Positions 12,065 through 24,772 of a stretch of 64,000 nucleotides of DNA are shown here, piece by piece. The first letter of the stretch is position 1. Every line of letters begins with the position of its first letter. The DNA is from Podospora anserina (taxonomy: Eukaryota): contig CM030337.1 in NCBI GenBank assembly GCA_017654855.1, positions 4,092,001 to 4,156,000 of the forward strand, given 5' to 3'. Under the pieces are notes generated by a model that ran no database searches, had not been told where the DNA came from, and was given only the letters and a program-made list of their open reading frames with translations. Position numbers and translations under genes: made by a program.

Positions 12065-13838
12065 TCAGAGACTCTTCCACAGCTTCTTATACCAGGGCAA
12101 AGTCGAGTCAATCTCCTCACCATCGGCGAGAGGTCGTCTTCCATCATCCAAATCCTTTCTCCTGCCCTCCTGAAGGTCGACTGTGTGAATGTTGACAGTT
12201 TTTGTCTTGTTCCAGAACTTGTAGACGACATAAATGACGCCGAAGAGAGGCAGTAGAATGTAGGCGTCGACAAAGTCGACGGCGTCAAAAGGCGCAAAGG
12301 TGGCCCAGCCCTGGATGAGCGCAAGGAAGATGTTGGTGCCGAGACCAAACCAGGCATTGTAGGGGTAGAGCATTGACTTGAAAGGCAGCTCGGAGTCGGA
12401 GTGTCCCTGAGCTGCCCAAGCCTTTCTGAAGCGGATATGAGTCCAGCTGATGGCGGCCCATACCAAAAAGGTAGAGACACCGCTGAGGTTGACAATGTAG
12501 GAGTAGGCATCCTGGGCACCCGTGCTGACATTCATCATGCTCAATGCACCAAACAGGTTGGTGAAGATGATGGCAGGGACGGGGACACCTCTCTTGTTGG
12601 TCCATCCCAAGAACTTGGGAGCCTTTTGAGTCTGAGCCATGAACAGAATGGTGCGACTGCCAATGAAGATGGAAGAGTTGACGGCGCTAAGGCAAGTGAC
12701 AAGGATAAAAGCATTGATCAGATGCTTGCCGCCCTCCCACCCGGCGTTCGCGATGGCGATTGTCATGGGACTGCGCAACGCACGTTGTGTAGCCGATGTC
12801 AGGTCGGGACTGTTGGCGGGGCAGACGAGCCCGAAGAAAAAGGCACTGCCCATGTACACCACCACAATGCGAATAAATACCTGTCGAATGGCCAATGGCA
12901 CGGCGCGACGGGGATTCTTAGTCTCGGTAGCGGCGACGGCAACGGATTCGACTCCGGCGTAAAAGGTGCTGCAGAAAACAAAGACCGAGGCAACACCGCG
13001 GAAGCCATCCGTAAAGGCACCGGGGTCACGCCAGTAGCTGAATCCAATAGCTTCGGCGCCAATCACACCACCAGATGCGTAGCTGGCAATTGTTAGCACA
13101 AATGTAACCGACCCTCGAGTAATACTAGATTCTTACATCAGGCTGAAGAAGAAGAAGGCGATCAAGCCAACAAGCTTGAAAAGCGCCAGCCAGAACTCGG
13201 CCTCGCCAAAGGTTTCGACACCCAACATCTGGAAGGCGGTGAAGGAGAACTGTGGGCAAAGTATCAGCATAAAGCCCATATATCCCACGCTATGGAGGAC
13301 TCACCCAAAAGATCAAGAACCACCCCCAAATGGGAATGGCATCCGTCCAGTCAACCATGATGCTCGAGATGACGTTGTACTCGTTCGCCAAGACACAGAA
13401 CCAAATGATAAAGTAATTCCACCCAACAGCCACACCAAACGCCTTGTCAACGAATCTGTCTGACAGCCCGGTAAAAGCACCGCCGGTCGGGTACAGCGTG
13501 GTGAGTTCACCCAGACTCTGCATGATGGAAAAGGCAATGATACCAATCACGCCAAAGCCAATTAACAGAGCAGCCGGGCCACCATTTGCCAGAGCTCGGC
13601 CCGATCCAATGAGAAGACCGGGTCCAATGATGCCGGCGAGAGCCATCATGGAAAGGTGACGGGTCTTGAGGCCGCGCTTCACGCCCGAATTTGGGTCAAT
13701 GGCGGCAAAGTCGTCCGACTCGGAGCCGGATATACCGGCATTGTTCTCAACAGCCACGCCATCCTCAGACCCCTTTTTCGAGACTGATACATCTTCACCA
13801 CGCTTTCCGCGCAAGGCGGAGAAGGATGGGAAGCCCAT
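12065..13838 (-). CDS. Amino-acid permease (APC superfamily, yeast AAT/YAT family); 3 exons
   Basis: RGLKTRHLSMMALAGIIGPGLL, FGEAEFWLA, ETKNPRRAVP, many TM segments. Introns 13250-13304 and 13083-13136. Confidence 0.93.
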
Positions 13839-14794
13839 ATTCGAGAGGTGCTCGGTACGTCGTGGTGAAGGTGATGTCGGAATGTAGACCCAGATTGGGA
13901 AGGTCGAGGTGTTGATCCGGGTCACTCCTTGACAGCAGATCGTGGAGAGACACAAGAGACACCAGTGAGACGCGAGAAACTGGGGAAAGCAACGATGTTT
14001 AAACTTTGAGCTCAAGACAGACCCTGCATGCTGCCATGCAAGTCTGTCCCAGGATCATGGATGGTGTCGTTGCCCAGACTCCACTAGTCGTCGTGTCGAC
14101 ATGGCACTCTCGCTGCGTCGTACTGCATTCGGATTGTCTATTGTCCATAGACGTGGTGCGGGGACGTCGCGTGGGTTGGAGGTGCGAAGGTGCATCAGGA
14201 AGCATTAAGCGACCACTAACAGCTTGTCGTAGTTTGTTTGCGGTGGTCGTGATAGTGACGGGTGGTTGTGGCATTATTCCTGGCACAGATTGCGCAATTG
14301 CACTGGCGTCCAGGTCGACGTCGTCGTGAGTGGGTCTGATTGGCCTGCCAAGGGGGAGAGTGGGGGTCGTTCAGCGGCTTGATCCCGCGGAGCATCCACT
14401 TTTTACCTGTTGGCTTTGAAGGCTTTGGACTACGCTTTCACGCTTTGTCGACCACAGGGAAGGGCCAAGAATTGGAATCACGCAACCAACATGGCAAGAT
14501 TCGAAGGAGACACCTAACAGAAATGCCGGGGCAGTTTTACCGATTCCGGCCACCCGACTCCCTGTCCACGGCCCGGCACCTGGATATGACGTCACTCGCT
14601 CGGCTCAAAAAACACTTGCCGGAAATAATATCATCCCATCAATGAACGCGTCTCTATCAAATATCAAATCCATTTAAAAGGGTTCGACCGAAACATGCGA
14701 ATCCCGCACAAACTTGCGGATGTTGCGCCAGATCTTGGCGTTGCGCTACGAATGAAACGGGTCAGCAACCGACATCTTCCCTCCAGTCAATGCC

Positions 14795-15827
14795 TTATTC
14801 ACATACCTGTTTGGCGGCGTCCTCGGCGTAGTCCTTTCGCTCCTCAAACACCTCAGTGAACCGGCGAAGGTCTCCCTGCATTTGGGTGCGCCAAGACTTG
14901 TCTCCATCTTGGACGATCGAATCCAGCTTGGCGATCAGAGGGCCCAGGGAGTCGACCGTCGTGGTGAATAGCTTGGCCAGCTCCCGAGCGACCTTCAACC
15001 GGGTCCGGGCGCTCAAGACTTCAGTGTACAGCTCCACGAGAGGTTCGCCCTTGAGTCTGAGTCCAGGGTGGAGCAGTTCCGAGACTTTCTTGAGCTCGGC
15101 AGCAGCTGTCAGGACGTTGTAGTAGACCACGGTGATCATCTTGCTGAGTAGGGCGGCATCTTTAATCCACTCCCTTTTCTCCTCGTCCATCAGGTAGAGC
15201 TCATCGGTCATGGATGACTGGGAACAAACGGGTTAGTGAAATGGGTGCCAAGGTTGGGACGTCAACGGTTCGCAAACCTTCATCGTACGCTCAAGACAAG
15301 CACCAAAGCTGTTGTACGTCGTCGCCATTTCCTCAGAAAGCACCACACACCTCTCCATCTGTCTCCCAGCAGCCCCAAGAGGCCTTTCGAATCCACCAAC
15401 GGGTCCCTCTCTGTACTCAATGGTAGCCCGCTCGATAAAGTTGGACGTGATTTCCGATCGCTCGATGATTTCCTTGAGATTGGCTGTAATCCCCCGGAGG
15501 TTGCGGAGCCCGGTAGAGGCAAGGTTAAGAATTTCGCGGACGGGCTTTGGCATCTCAGAAGGACTGAGCCTACGGCAGCGATTCAGTAAAAGATGATGAG
15601 TGGTGGACGATACAGAATCAGGAAAATACTTACCGCTCACCCTGACGGCCTGACAACCATCCATACTTCCTGACCTGCTTGTCCTCAAGCAAAGCCGTGT
15701 AGTAAACCGAGCCCAGCTTGTGAATCCATCTGGGCAACACGGCCATATTGTGGTCCCAGTTCTTGCGCTCACCACAGAGGATGCCCTCCAGTGCGATCTG
15801 GACGGAATGAGTGTTGATGGTTGGCAT
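14795..15827 (-). CDS. Hypothetical helical protein of about 300 aa; 3 exons
   Basis: Three ORF-track fragments join in frame via introns 15570-15633 (GTAAGT..TAG) and about 15218-15277 (GTTTGC..CTAAC..CAG). Confidence 0.6.
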
Positions 15828-16459
15828 GGTTGCTTGTCTCTTGAGATGGCAAGTCTGCGATGTGTCGTGTGGTCGAGAGGAAGATGAGAGGCCGACTGAA
15901 AAGCCAACAGAGAAAGCTTTTATCCTGGTCTGCTATGATATTCACTTTGGTCCGTCTGTGTGGGAACAATCCGGTGAGTGTCTGGTGGGGCCGTGAGATG
16001 TTCCAGAATGCGAGTGAATACATGGGTGTAAACAGCTGCTCCTACCTATTTAACTGCTTAAAAGTTGCTCCCTGTCACATCTTGGGATGAACCAGAGCAG
16101 CCTTTCCCCCTGTTCTTGATGCGGCTGACGGTGCACCACAGGGCAGTTGCGAGAAGCACACGGAAGACTGGCTGTCGTGATGAATCCGTGAACAAACTCT
16201 ATCGGCTGCAGACTTATCACCAGCCAGAGAGCTCACAAGTCTTGATTCGACTACAACAGGTATCATACTGCGCATTGGGAATCGCTCAATTGGATCCTCC
16301 ACACTGAAATGTCTTCCGCTTAAGACTAGCCCTACACAGACTTGTTCACTTCAACGCTTTCATCAGGCAACTTTCTGTGAGTGCTGCGCATGTGAAAAAA
16401 GACTCGAGATGTAACATCACCAAAAAGGTATGTTTCAAGGAAAAAGAGAGAAAAATAAA

Positions 16460-16533
16460 CTCCTCCGGGAAGGCTCGAACTTCCAACCTCCTGATTAACA
16501 GTCAGACGCGCTAGCCAATTGCGCCACAGAGGA
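16460..16533 (-). tRNA. tRNA-Asn (anticodon GTT)
   Basis: TCCTCTG/CGGAGGA acceptor stem, TGGCGCAATTGG A-box, CTGAC-TGTTAA-TCAG anticodon arm, GTTCGAG T-loop, oligo-T downstream. Confidence 0.95.
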
Positions 16534-16612
16534 TCTGTTCTGCGGGCCTCGAACTAGCGCCTATGTGCCAAACCGTCTTGGCACCTTCAGCTGCCCTTTT
16601 CACCCTATAATG

Positions 16613-18854
16613 TCAACCCCCCCGGACTTCACTCCTAGAAACAACCACTTCATTCCCGTCGATCTTCACCCGAAGACTCTTTGCAGCCTTCTCCATCACC
16701 TCCCTGGGCCCGAGTCCGCCGCCAGCCTCACTTCGACACTGTTGACCAAGAGCGAGGAGAGGGGCGATGGCAGCGTCTTTGTAGTCAAAAAACATCTCAC
16801 TATAGTCAGATCCTGCCTCGTGTCTGGCTGCCTTGCGCATTCTGACTTGTCCAATAATGGTGGCAACCAAGAAGATGGACGCGACGAGTAGCTCAACCGC
16901 CAAAAAGGTCAGCCACGGCCAGGTGATGTGAACATAGGATTCCTGCTTCCACGCCTGCCCTGTGACGTTGAAAGCATCGCTGGACAGCTGGAGTTCTTGA
17001 TCGGTCGTTCTAAGTCTGAGGGAGTGTCAGTCAAACAACATGCCCGGTCATGTGAAGAGAAACATACCGGTAAGAGATACTCGTGGCGATATTCTTGAAG
17101 AGATATGTCATGGTATCTATTCGCGCCGTCGTGTTGATGATGGTCGTCTCGGTGTACAAGACCATTTGCATGATGGTTTTGATAAAGTCACTTCTTGTTA
17201 CAACCCCACGGCTGGGCGAGTCCCACGGCTCGTAGTATGTTTCCCGCCCAGATCCCATCATGTATGTCTTCATCTCGCCCGCGATGAACTCCATGGCACG
17301 GTAGTTGGCACTGAAGCTCCCCGACGGAATCGAAGAGTTGGGTGGGCTCTCGAGATGCAGCGTGATATTCCACTTGGACGACGGGCTATGACGGCATCCA
17401 GTGGGCACGCCCACTTTGGAGCTGCAGTTCATGTTGAGGAAGAAGTCAGAGTCCTCCGGTGTTGGCTGTGAAGTGGTAGCAATAAGCTGGTTGTCGTGTA
17501 TACCATTTCGGACAGTGGTGTTGTAGGTTTGGACGCATAGGTGAAACAGAAACTCGAGGGCTTCGTGTCGAAACTGGTGTGTTGCACTGGCAATGTTGGA
17601 GCCGTTGGACATATCTGTCAGCTGCCGCATGTTCTCGTCGTCTTGCGGGATAGGGACAGTGTAGAGCTCCACAAACGACGCTATCCGTGTCGCCATCAAA
17701 GTGGGATTGTCTGCAAACCCAACGGTCTGGTTGCCCACGAGCATATCGGACACAGCAGCCATTCGACTTTGGTGAACCAGATCGACGTGCGTGCCGGGGA
17801 GAGAGGCGTTCCATATGGTGCGTCTGGGGTAAAAGGGATCGCCCATCATAACCACAGATCCGTTGTTCTTGACAACAGCCTCCTCTCCAGGCTCCGGACC
17901 CGGCCAGCTTTGCACGACTATCGCTGAGGAAATGTCGACCATCTCCACACAGACGCCCAAGGAGTGGAACACATCAAAGGTGCAATTGCCAGTCGGACAG
18001 GTCGCTCCAGTAGGTGCCATGCGTACTCTGCGGCTTTGCTTTCCGTCGGGAGTAATGGCTTCCAGCATTGCAGTGCGCGTCGCAAACGTGACTTCATCTC
18101 TGGGCGACATGACGGTGCGAACCGCTGGAACTTCTGCAAGCTCGGCTGCCACAACCTCCCGAACTGGGTAGCTGATGGCCAACTGTGTTATCGGAGATGT
18201 CACCACACTTATGATGGTAATGAAAGCCCCAATAACGACGATATGCTTCGTACGGATTCGAGTGAGCAAAACGATAGAGCCCCACGGTCCCCTGCTTGCT
18301 TGGTCGATGACATGAAAGTCGTGCAGCGGTCTTTCGTCCAGGAACCAGGACCACTGAGCTTGGCTAATTGCTATTGATACTGGAACCATGAAGGCTGCTT
18401 TGGAAAGGGTGGTGAAGAAAGCAAGAAAGGTGTTGAGTGAGATTTTCAGTGGCCAGTCTGGTAGTTGCTGGCGGTCGAACTTGAAGAGTGTGACGACTAT
18501 GGTGATAAAGGCAAGTAGGCTGAGAAGAACGCATAGCATCTCCAGCATCCATATCCTCCAGAGTGGTTTGGTCAAGGTACCACTCGCGGCTTCAGACCGG
18601 TGACTCGAGACCCGTACACCCTTCAGTTCCCGATTGGAGTCGTGGGTGAAGGCAGGTTGTCGCCCTTCTTGCCCTCGTTTGCTGCTCGCAGCGCTTGGAC
18701 CTTCCAGAGTGTTGACCCATTGAGTCGTGCTGTCAAAGTCCCTTGTCGACGGGGCAGCATCATAATGTCCTGGAGGAACTCCGGTGTATGGATCTGCCAC
18801 AGGCCCATAGCCGTGTCCATGATGGTAGATGTGGTTGGCGTTTAAATGATCCAT
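16613..18854 (-). CDS. DUF3176-family membrane protein; 2 exons
   Basis: WPLKISLNT..ISQAQWSWF..DQASRGPWGS and CPTGNCTF motifs. Intron 17016-17067; last exon contains YVHITWPWL TM segment. Confidence 0.85.
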
Positions 18855-19532
18855 TGCCTTTCGGCTGTCATCAACCCATGTAAGAGGCTGAGTCTTGAGT
18901 CAAGGGAAACAAGAATGTTTTGGTAATATACAACCAAAGATGCTGTGAAATGGTCCGTCAGAAAGAGGGCAAAGTGTACGACGCCCTTTCAGTCACAGGA
19001 ATAAATATATCCAGCATGGGCGCCTGGCATCTTAAGCTAGAATATACCAGTCCTGGCCATGAAAATGCAGTGGAAGCTGCCCGTTTAGTCTTGTCCAATG
19101 GGCGTCAGACCATCAACTGGCAAGGATATTGTTGGTGACTTGCCTAGACCCGAGTACGGAGCCTTCCGTGTTGATGCAGTGGGTGAGTCAGGGTACGATG
19201 TCGATCGTCAATCATCGTTGGATTTGGTCCAATAGGTTCATAGATGTGGTGTAGCACTGCATGATTCTATTTCGGTGAGATCGCACAACATGGCGCCAAT
19301 GCTTTACTTGAAACTCGAGTCCCTGTGAACCTGCAGCCTGGTTTGCGTGACCCTTATCCCACCAAAGTGAGTAGCACATAGAAGAGCATACAGTATCACC
19401 TCAGGCTGTGGATGAGGAAGACGTCAAAACGCATCCTACTTGAAGCGTTGCCACAAGAAAAGGGCAGAGATATGAAATAGGCTCGTTAGGATAAAAGACC
19501 TTTTCCCAAACACGTCTTGCTACATTCTCACC

Positions 19533-22500
19533 TCATCCGACGGTCACTCTTTGAACCCCCTCTTCACCCAGAAACCCGCCCGGCATATAGCCCACTCCAA
19601 TTCGCTGATAGATCGTCTCATGGCCATCGCCCTCAGTAAGAGCCGTGATAATAAGCAAGTAATGCGTTCTGTGTTCCACAGGCACAATCTCCCCCTTTGC
19701 TATCCGTCTGGTCCCCACAACCACCGCTTTCCACCCTTCCCATCCCGTAACTCCTTGTGCATTCCCAGCGTCCAGAATAACATCAACACTCTCTCCCGGC
19801 TCGCCAACAGGCTCAAAAACAAATGGTCGTGCCATCGCTTTCAACACGGCTGTCTCATTTGAGGGATCATTGCGACCCGAGCCGGGAGAAGAAAACGGGT
19901 CAAGCACCGCATCATTCCTCCAGTCGACACCTCCAAGCGGTAAGTCCAGGTAGTCAATCGCACCGTCATACGCCATCCAACTCCAGCTAGGCAAGCTCTT
20001 CCCTTCCTTTTGCTTGGCTTTCGAAAAGTCCACCCTGTTCAATGTCGATGCCTCGGCGCCACGTCTCCAGAGCAGTGATCGAGACAACAAGCTGCCGCCG
20101 TCATGGAAAATTCCATACCCGCCTTTGGCCTTCAAGTTGTTGATCATTCGCTGCTCAAGTCCGGCTATGGCAACGGGGCGATCGGTGAGGCGGGTGAAGT
20201 TGAGGCGGGAATATTGTCGGTACAGGTCCTCGTAGAAGCGGATGCGCTCACCTCGGTCGAAACCTTTGTCGGAGAGGGAGCTTGATAGTTTCGATGGGAA
20301 GGACGGGTCGCCGAGAAAGGAGACGAGTTTACTGTGTTTTTTTGTCAGTATGACCGAGGACAAAATTCAAGTAGAGTTTGAGGCAGGAGCGGTGTAAACA
20401 ACAGGCGAAGTGGGGCGCAAGAAAGGTTCACGGGTTCAGGGGTAAAAACACCAGACATACTTGTCAATCTTGGTCAGGGTTTCGCATCTCACTCCGCAGC
20501 CGCACTCCCAGTAGGTTTGCCAGTCGGTAAAGTAGATTGTCCTTCGGGCCAAGGCGCGTTCTTGCAGGACCCAACCCCTCTTGCTCAAGGGCCCATTCAG
20601 CACGTGCTCCGCAAAGTTGTCAATAAACCGGCAGACGTACAGACTGCCCTTCTGGTTGGAACTACTGGACTCGCCACGTAGTTGAAGGAATTGCCTTTCC
20701 TTTCTGGTTCTGAGAAACCCATCCCTTTGCCCTCGTGCGCTACTTGCGGCAATGACACAGTAGGCTGCGCTGAAGACATCTTCCATTCTCTTGGCTTCCT
20801 TCTCAAAGTCGCCGTGGGGCCCTTGGATGATACATATGGAGTCTATCCACAAATACCGAACACCTAGAGCACGAGTGGCGGCTATTGCGTCACGGAAGGT
20901 GTCAGGGAAGTTGGGGCTCCGCACAGGAATAGCTGCTTTGTGTTGAGCAAGGTTGTGAGGAAAAGTACAAAACGAATGACCTTGGCCCCATGGATGCGAG
21001 AGAGCAATGTATTTGACGGTCTCCGTGGTTGTTGTTTGGATGAGACGCACGACGGGAGCGTCAGGGCTGCCAAGATCAATAAGTCTGGTGGGAGGTGGGT
21101 ATTTCTTTACCGGATCGCATCCTCGGTGGTTCTCGTCACAGTCGTTGAGCCATTCTGTCAGAAAGGCAAAGTGGGTCGTCGAAGCAGGCGCTGGAAGGCT
21201 GGGAAACCCAATCTGAATGTGATTGGAGTTTGGCGCCATGAAATCTTTTCCTCGTTAGTACGTAATACAGGTTGACCGGGGAATAGAATTGGCGAGCACT
21301 GACCAGGGCTTCGGCAGATTGACAAGACCGGAATGGGATTCTCGTTAAGCTTGAGCATTGACTGCTCGCGGTCGAAGCGGACTGTCTGTACCAGGCCCCG
21401 GTTGATATGGTGGCATGCCTCGTACCTCAACTTGCAGAAATCACACAGGGCACGCTTGACATCGAGCTCTGCCAGAGTGTCTGTAATGTGAAATTGAGGC
21501 ACGCAGAGATCGTACGCGGCGCAGGTTCCACAGAGGCGAGCTTGCGCGAGCTTCACTGGGTAGATGTCTGGAACGCTCAGCGCTGAAACAAGCTGCCGGG
21601 CGAACTTGTTGTCGACGGGATACTCGGTTCTGTCAAGCTTTAGATGATGTTAGACATCAGGATGACAAGAATATCAGGTGATACCAGCTGAAAGAGGATG
21701 TTTACCTACCTTTGACTTTTTTTCTCTGGTTAACTCATCGCCGCAGGGATTTCAATCTCAGAAGTCACTTACGGCCTAAGATGGTTAGCCTTCAACATTC
21801 CACAGATGGGAAGATTCCTTACGTTCTGCTTATCAAGTGTCAGTGCCGGAATAATCTCTACCACAATTAAGAATCGTAGAATGCACTTACACGCTACAAG
21901 GCTACCTGTCAGCCATGCGAGTCTACAATGTATTAACCGCTCAGGGAATAGCATTAACACTTACGTACTAAAACACAACTGTCAGAATCTCTGTCTTTTA
22001 ACTCATTTCAGCGGAATTTACTGGTGCTTACCTCCTATATCCGCGCCGCGGGCATTCGATTAGCTGTGCCCTTCAAAGTATTGTCCTGTCCTAGGTGGGT
22101 CTGTGGGGAGTCATACATCCTGAGATATCTTAGCATAAACCAAAGCCTCGTTAGACCGGTAATCATACTCGTCTTGTTTTTGCTTCAACAACTGTAATTA
22201 CAGGGACCATCAAGCTTGGCTGATCCTCGAATCCGGCATCAGGAATTATACCACCGCCATTCTCTCCAAGGGGCCTCAAAGGGGGCCTAGGTCGGAGGGG
22301 CCGGTTTCCTCCTACCGCTGAGTTTGGCGAAAGGAAGGAAGACTCTGGTGCTCTGTCGACCTTCAAGTCTTTGATATGCTCGCGGCTGGCGCCCGTGAAC
22401 CAGTATGACTCGTCGGTTTTGCCTCGAGCCACAATATCATCTAGACGCTCCATGAGTTCTTGAGAGTATGCGCGAGAGCCGTTGGTGGACCTTGGGGGGG

Positions 22501-24092
22501 CTGAACTGCTGACGGGTGTGGCTGGAGGGTCCAGTTCCACGACGAGAAGTTTGGTCTTGACGATGGTGAGAAGCTCCTTCAGTGCAGTCTCTGCCTTGCA
22601 TTCTGGATCGTAATACAGGGCTCTGATTGTCGCCTGGACATGGGGATGCACGAATGCCTCGTCTTTATCTTTGTCGACCTTGAACCAGTGGCTTCTATGC
22701 CTTCCCTCGTCGATGATCTGGCTGTTGAACCTTTCCAGATGATCGGTGCCATACAGCAGCCAGATCATCATCTCCAAAATCACGCATCCGAATGACCACA
22801 TGTCGTATCGTCGGGAACGGCCAAGCTCGGACTTCAAGGCCACCTCGGGAGGTTCGTAGCGGGTTGTCGTGTATTGAGTTGATGTGTTGTGTCGCAGTTG
22901 GGTAGCAATGTTGTGATGTTTTGCAAGTCCCATGTCGGAAATCTTGAGAATAGGAAAGCCGAACTGGCCGTCTCGAGGTGGTTGGCCGACCACACACAGG
23001 ATGTTTTCGGGTTTCAAGTCTCCATGCCGGTATGAGCCTCCTCCGTAGCGGTAATTGTGCAGCTTGTCGAGCGCATCCGCCATTCCTTGGATCTGCATGA
23101 TGACGGCTCGGACAAGCTCTCTTGTCACGACTGGACGCTTGTGTTCAGGCATTTCCCAAAACTTTCTTAGGCTTCCCTCCTCTGCCCAGCGAAAAAGCAG
23201 ATATCGGTCACTGCCACGCTTGATGGCGGCGATAAACTCGATGATATTCTGATGTTTGAGGTTGCGCATCTCAATGTGAGCCTTGACTTCGCGTACCCAT
23301 TCATCTCGAAGTTGATCCAGTTCGTTTTCATCCGTGGTGTCGCGATAAACCGGCCTGATGACCTTGATGGCAACATCGGCTCGTTTGCCATCATACTATG
23401 TGAGCGTGAATATCAGCACCTAATACATGCGAGAGACCTGTTCTGAGGTAAAGCAAACAAACCTTCATGATGGGATTCAGATGGTGCTCTTCGTGGATCT
23501 TGACCTGGAAAACTTCGCCGAAAGCACCTGATTCGCCCGCTCTTGACTTTTCAGTAATGGGAAGAATACAATCCGGATCAAGATCCAGCTCGGGGTTGCT
23601 CTCTGAGATGATTGGTACGAGAACCGTCCATTGGTTTCGACGAAAACTGCGCCTGGACACCTCAGTCCATGGTTCCAGAAATTCACCAGCTTCGTCAACG
23701 AATGCGCTGTCAGGAAGAGGTAGGGAGTTGTCGTTCACAGATTTTGTCTCAAATTGTATCATGGCTGTTGCTAGCTCCTCGTCTTTGTCGGTAAGTCCGG
23801 CCAGCAGTGACGTGATAAAAAGTTTGGGGGCACTTTTCATCACAAAGTTGACAACATCTTCTTCCAACTCCGGGTCATCGGACAGGTGCAGTTCCCGACG
23901 AACAGCAGCTGGGGTGAGAAGAGTCTCGATGCAAGTATTGGGTAGGAATTCTCGAATGTGTTCATCGAAAACACTCTTCTGTAGGTTGCCCAGAATGTCT
24001 GAGCCAAGAGAGGACTTTTTACTCTTCTTGGCCAGAAAAGATGCCTTTCGGTCTTCTTTGGAGATGAACTTTGGTTCCTCTTGGAGCGGCAT
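19533..24092 (-). CDS. Protein kinase-HET (heterokaryon incompatibility domain) fusion, ~1265 aa, 12 exons including 7 micro-exons
   Basis: Kinase: GESGAFGEV, VAIK, HGDLKPEN, DMG, YEPPE, DMWSFG. HET: PTRLID, YIALSHPWG, YLWIDSICIIQG, RGWVLQE. Exons 24092-23463, 23395-22169, six 3-nt and one 6-nt exon, 21637-21304, 21244-20461, 20331-19533; total 3798 nt in frame. Confidence 0.88.
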
Positions 24093-24506
24093 CTTGCATG
24101 ATGAGACTGTTTGAGATGGAAATGATCTTGTGCGGTAAATGACAATGTGTCAGCTCAATGGAAAATGAGAAAATAATAACGCGGGTAGGTACTCTAAGAC
24201 ACTTTTACGACTTTGACTGGCGTTAGTTAGGGGGCACTGAACTTGTACTAGCTTCCCGCAGCCTGGTCCATCCTCATGCCATTTCTTGGCTTCGACCCCC
24301 TCATCAGGCACACCACCCTGACTGGACTGGATGATGCGCCACCATTGATAAGATACCCCAATATTTCCAGGGCGACACGGGCTTGTCATCACAATGGCAC
24401 TGCGCATGCGGCACGTATCACTATCCTTCGCAAAACAGGGCGTGAACATGACAGCCTCGTCCTACATCATTGCCACTTGGGTGCCCGTCATGACCGTTGC
24501 CCGAAT

Positions 24507-24772
24507 TTAGACCCCTCTGCACTGTGCGATTTCGTCCAGAGAAAGCTGTCTGGGGATGCGGATGTTGTAGGAGCTTCTGATCATCTACCAAGGTGTCAGC
24601 TCTGACATGCCTTTTATCTTCCTTTTTTGGATGGATTTGAGAGCCTGCCCACCGATATCTCATAGCGACCAAGTCCAAACTGGGAACGTAACAGGCCTAT
24701 CAGCTTGAGAGGGTCTATGGCCCTCGCTGGAAGGTTTTGTGTGGATTCGAGCTGAAGTGTGTCCTCCATCAT
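24507..24772 (-). CDS. Small 65-aa two-exon protein of unknown function
   Basis: Exon 24772-24653 (40 codons), intron 24585-24652 (GTGGGC..GCTGAC..TAG), exon 24584-24507. Product MMEDTLQLESTQNLPARAIDPLKLIGLLRSQFGLGRYEISMIRSSYNIRIPRQLSLDEIAQCRGV. Confidence 0.7.

Noticed and set aside
21769-22063. ORF-track ORFs 21769..21960 (-) and 21806..22063 (+)
   Set aside because: They run through the micro-exon intron array and have no protein-like features.
22163-23269. Treating the kinase ORF and the HET ORFs as separate genes
   Set aside because: The apparent stop GTA TGA is a splice donor, and in-frame splicing joins them to the HET exons.
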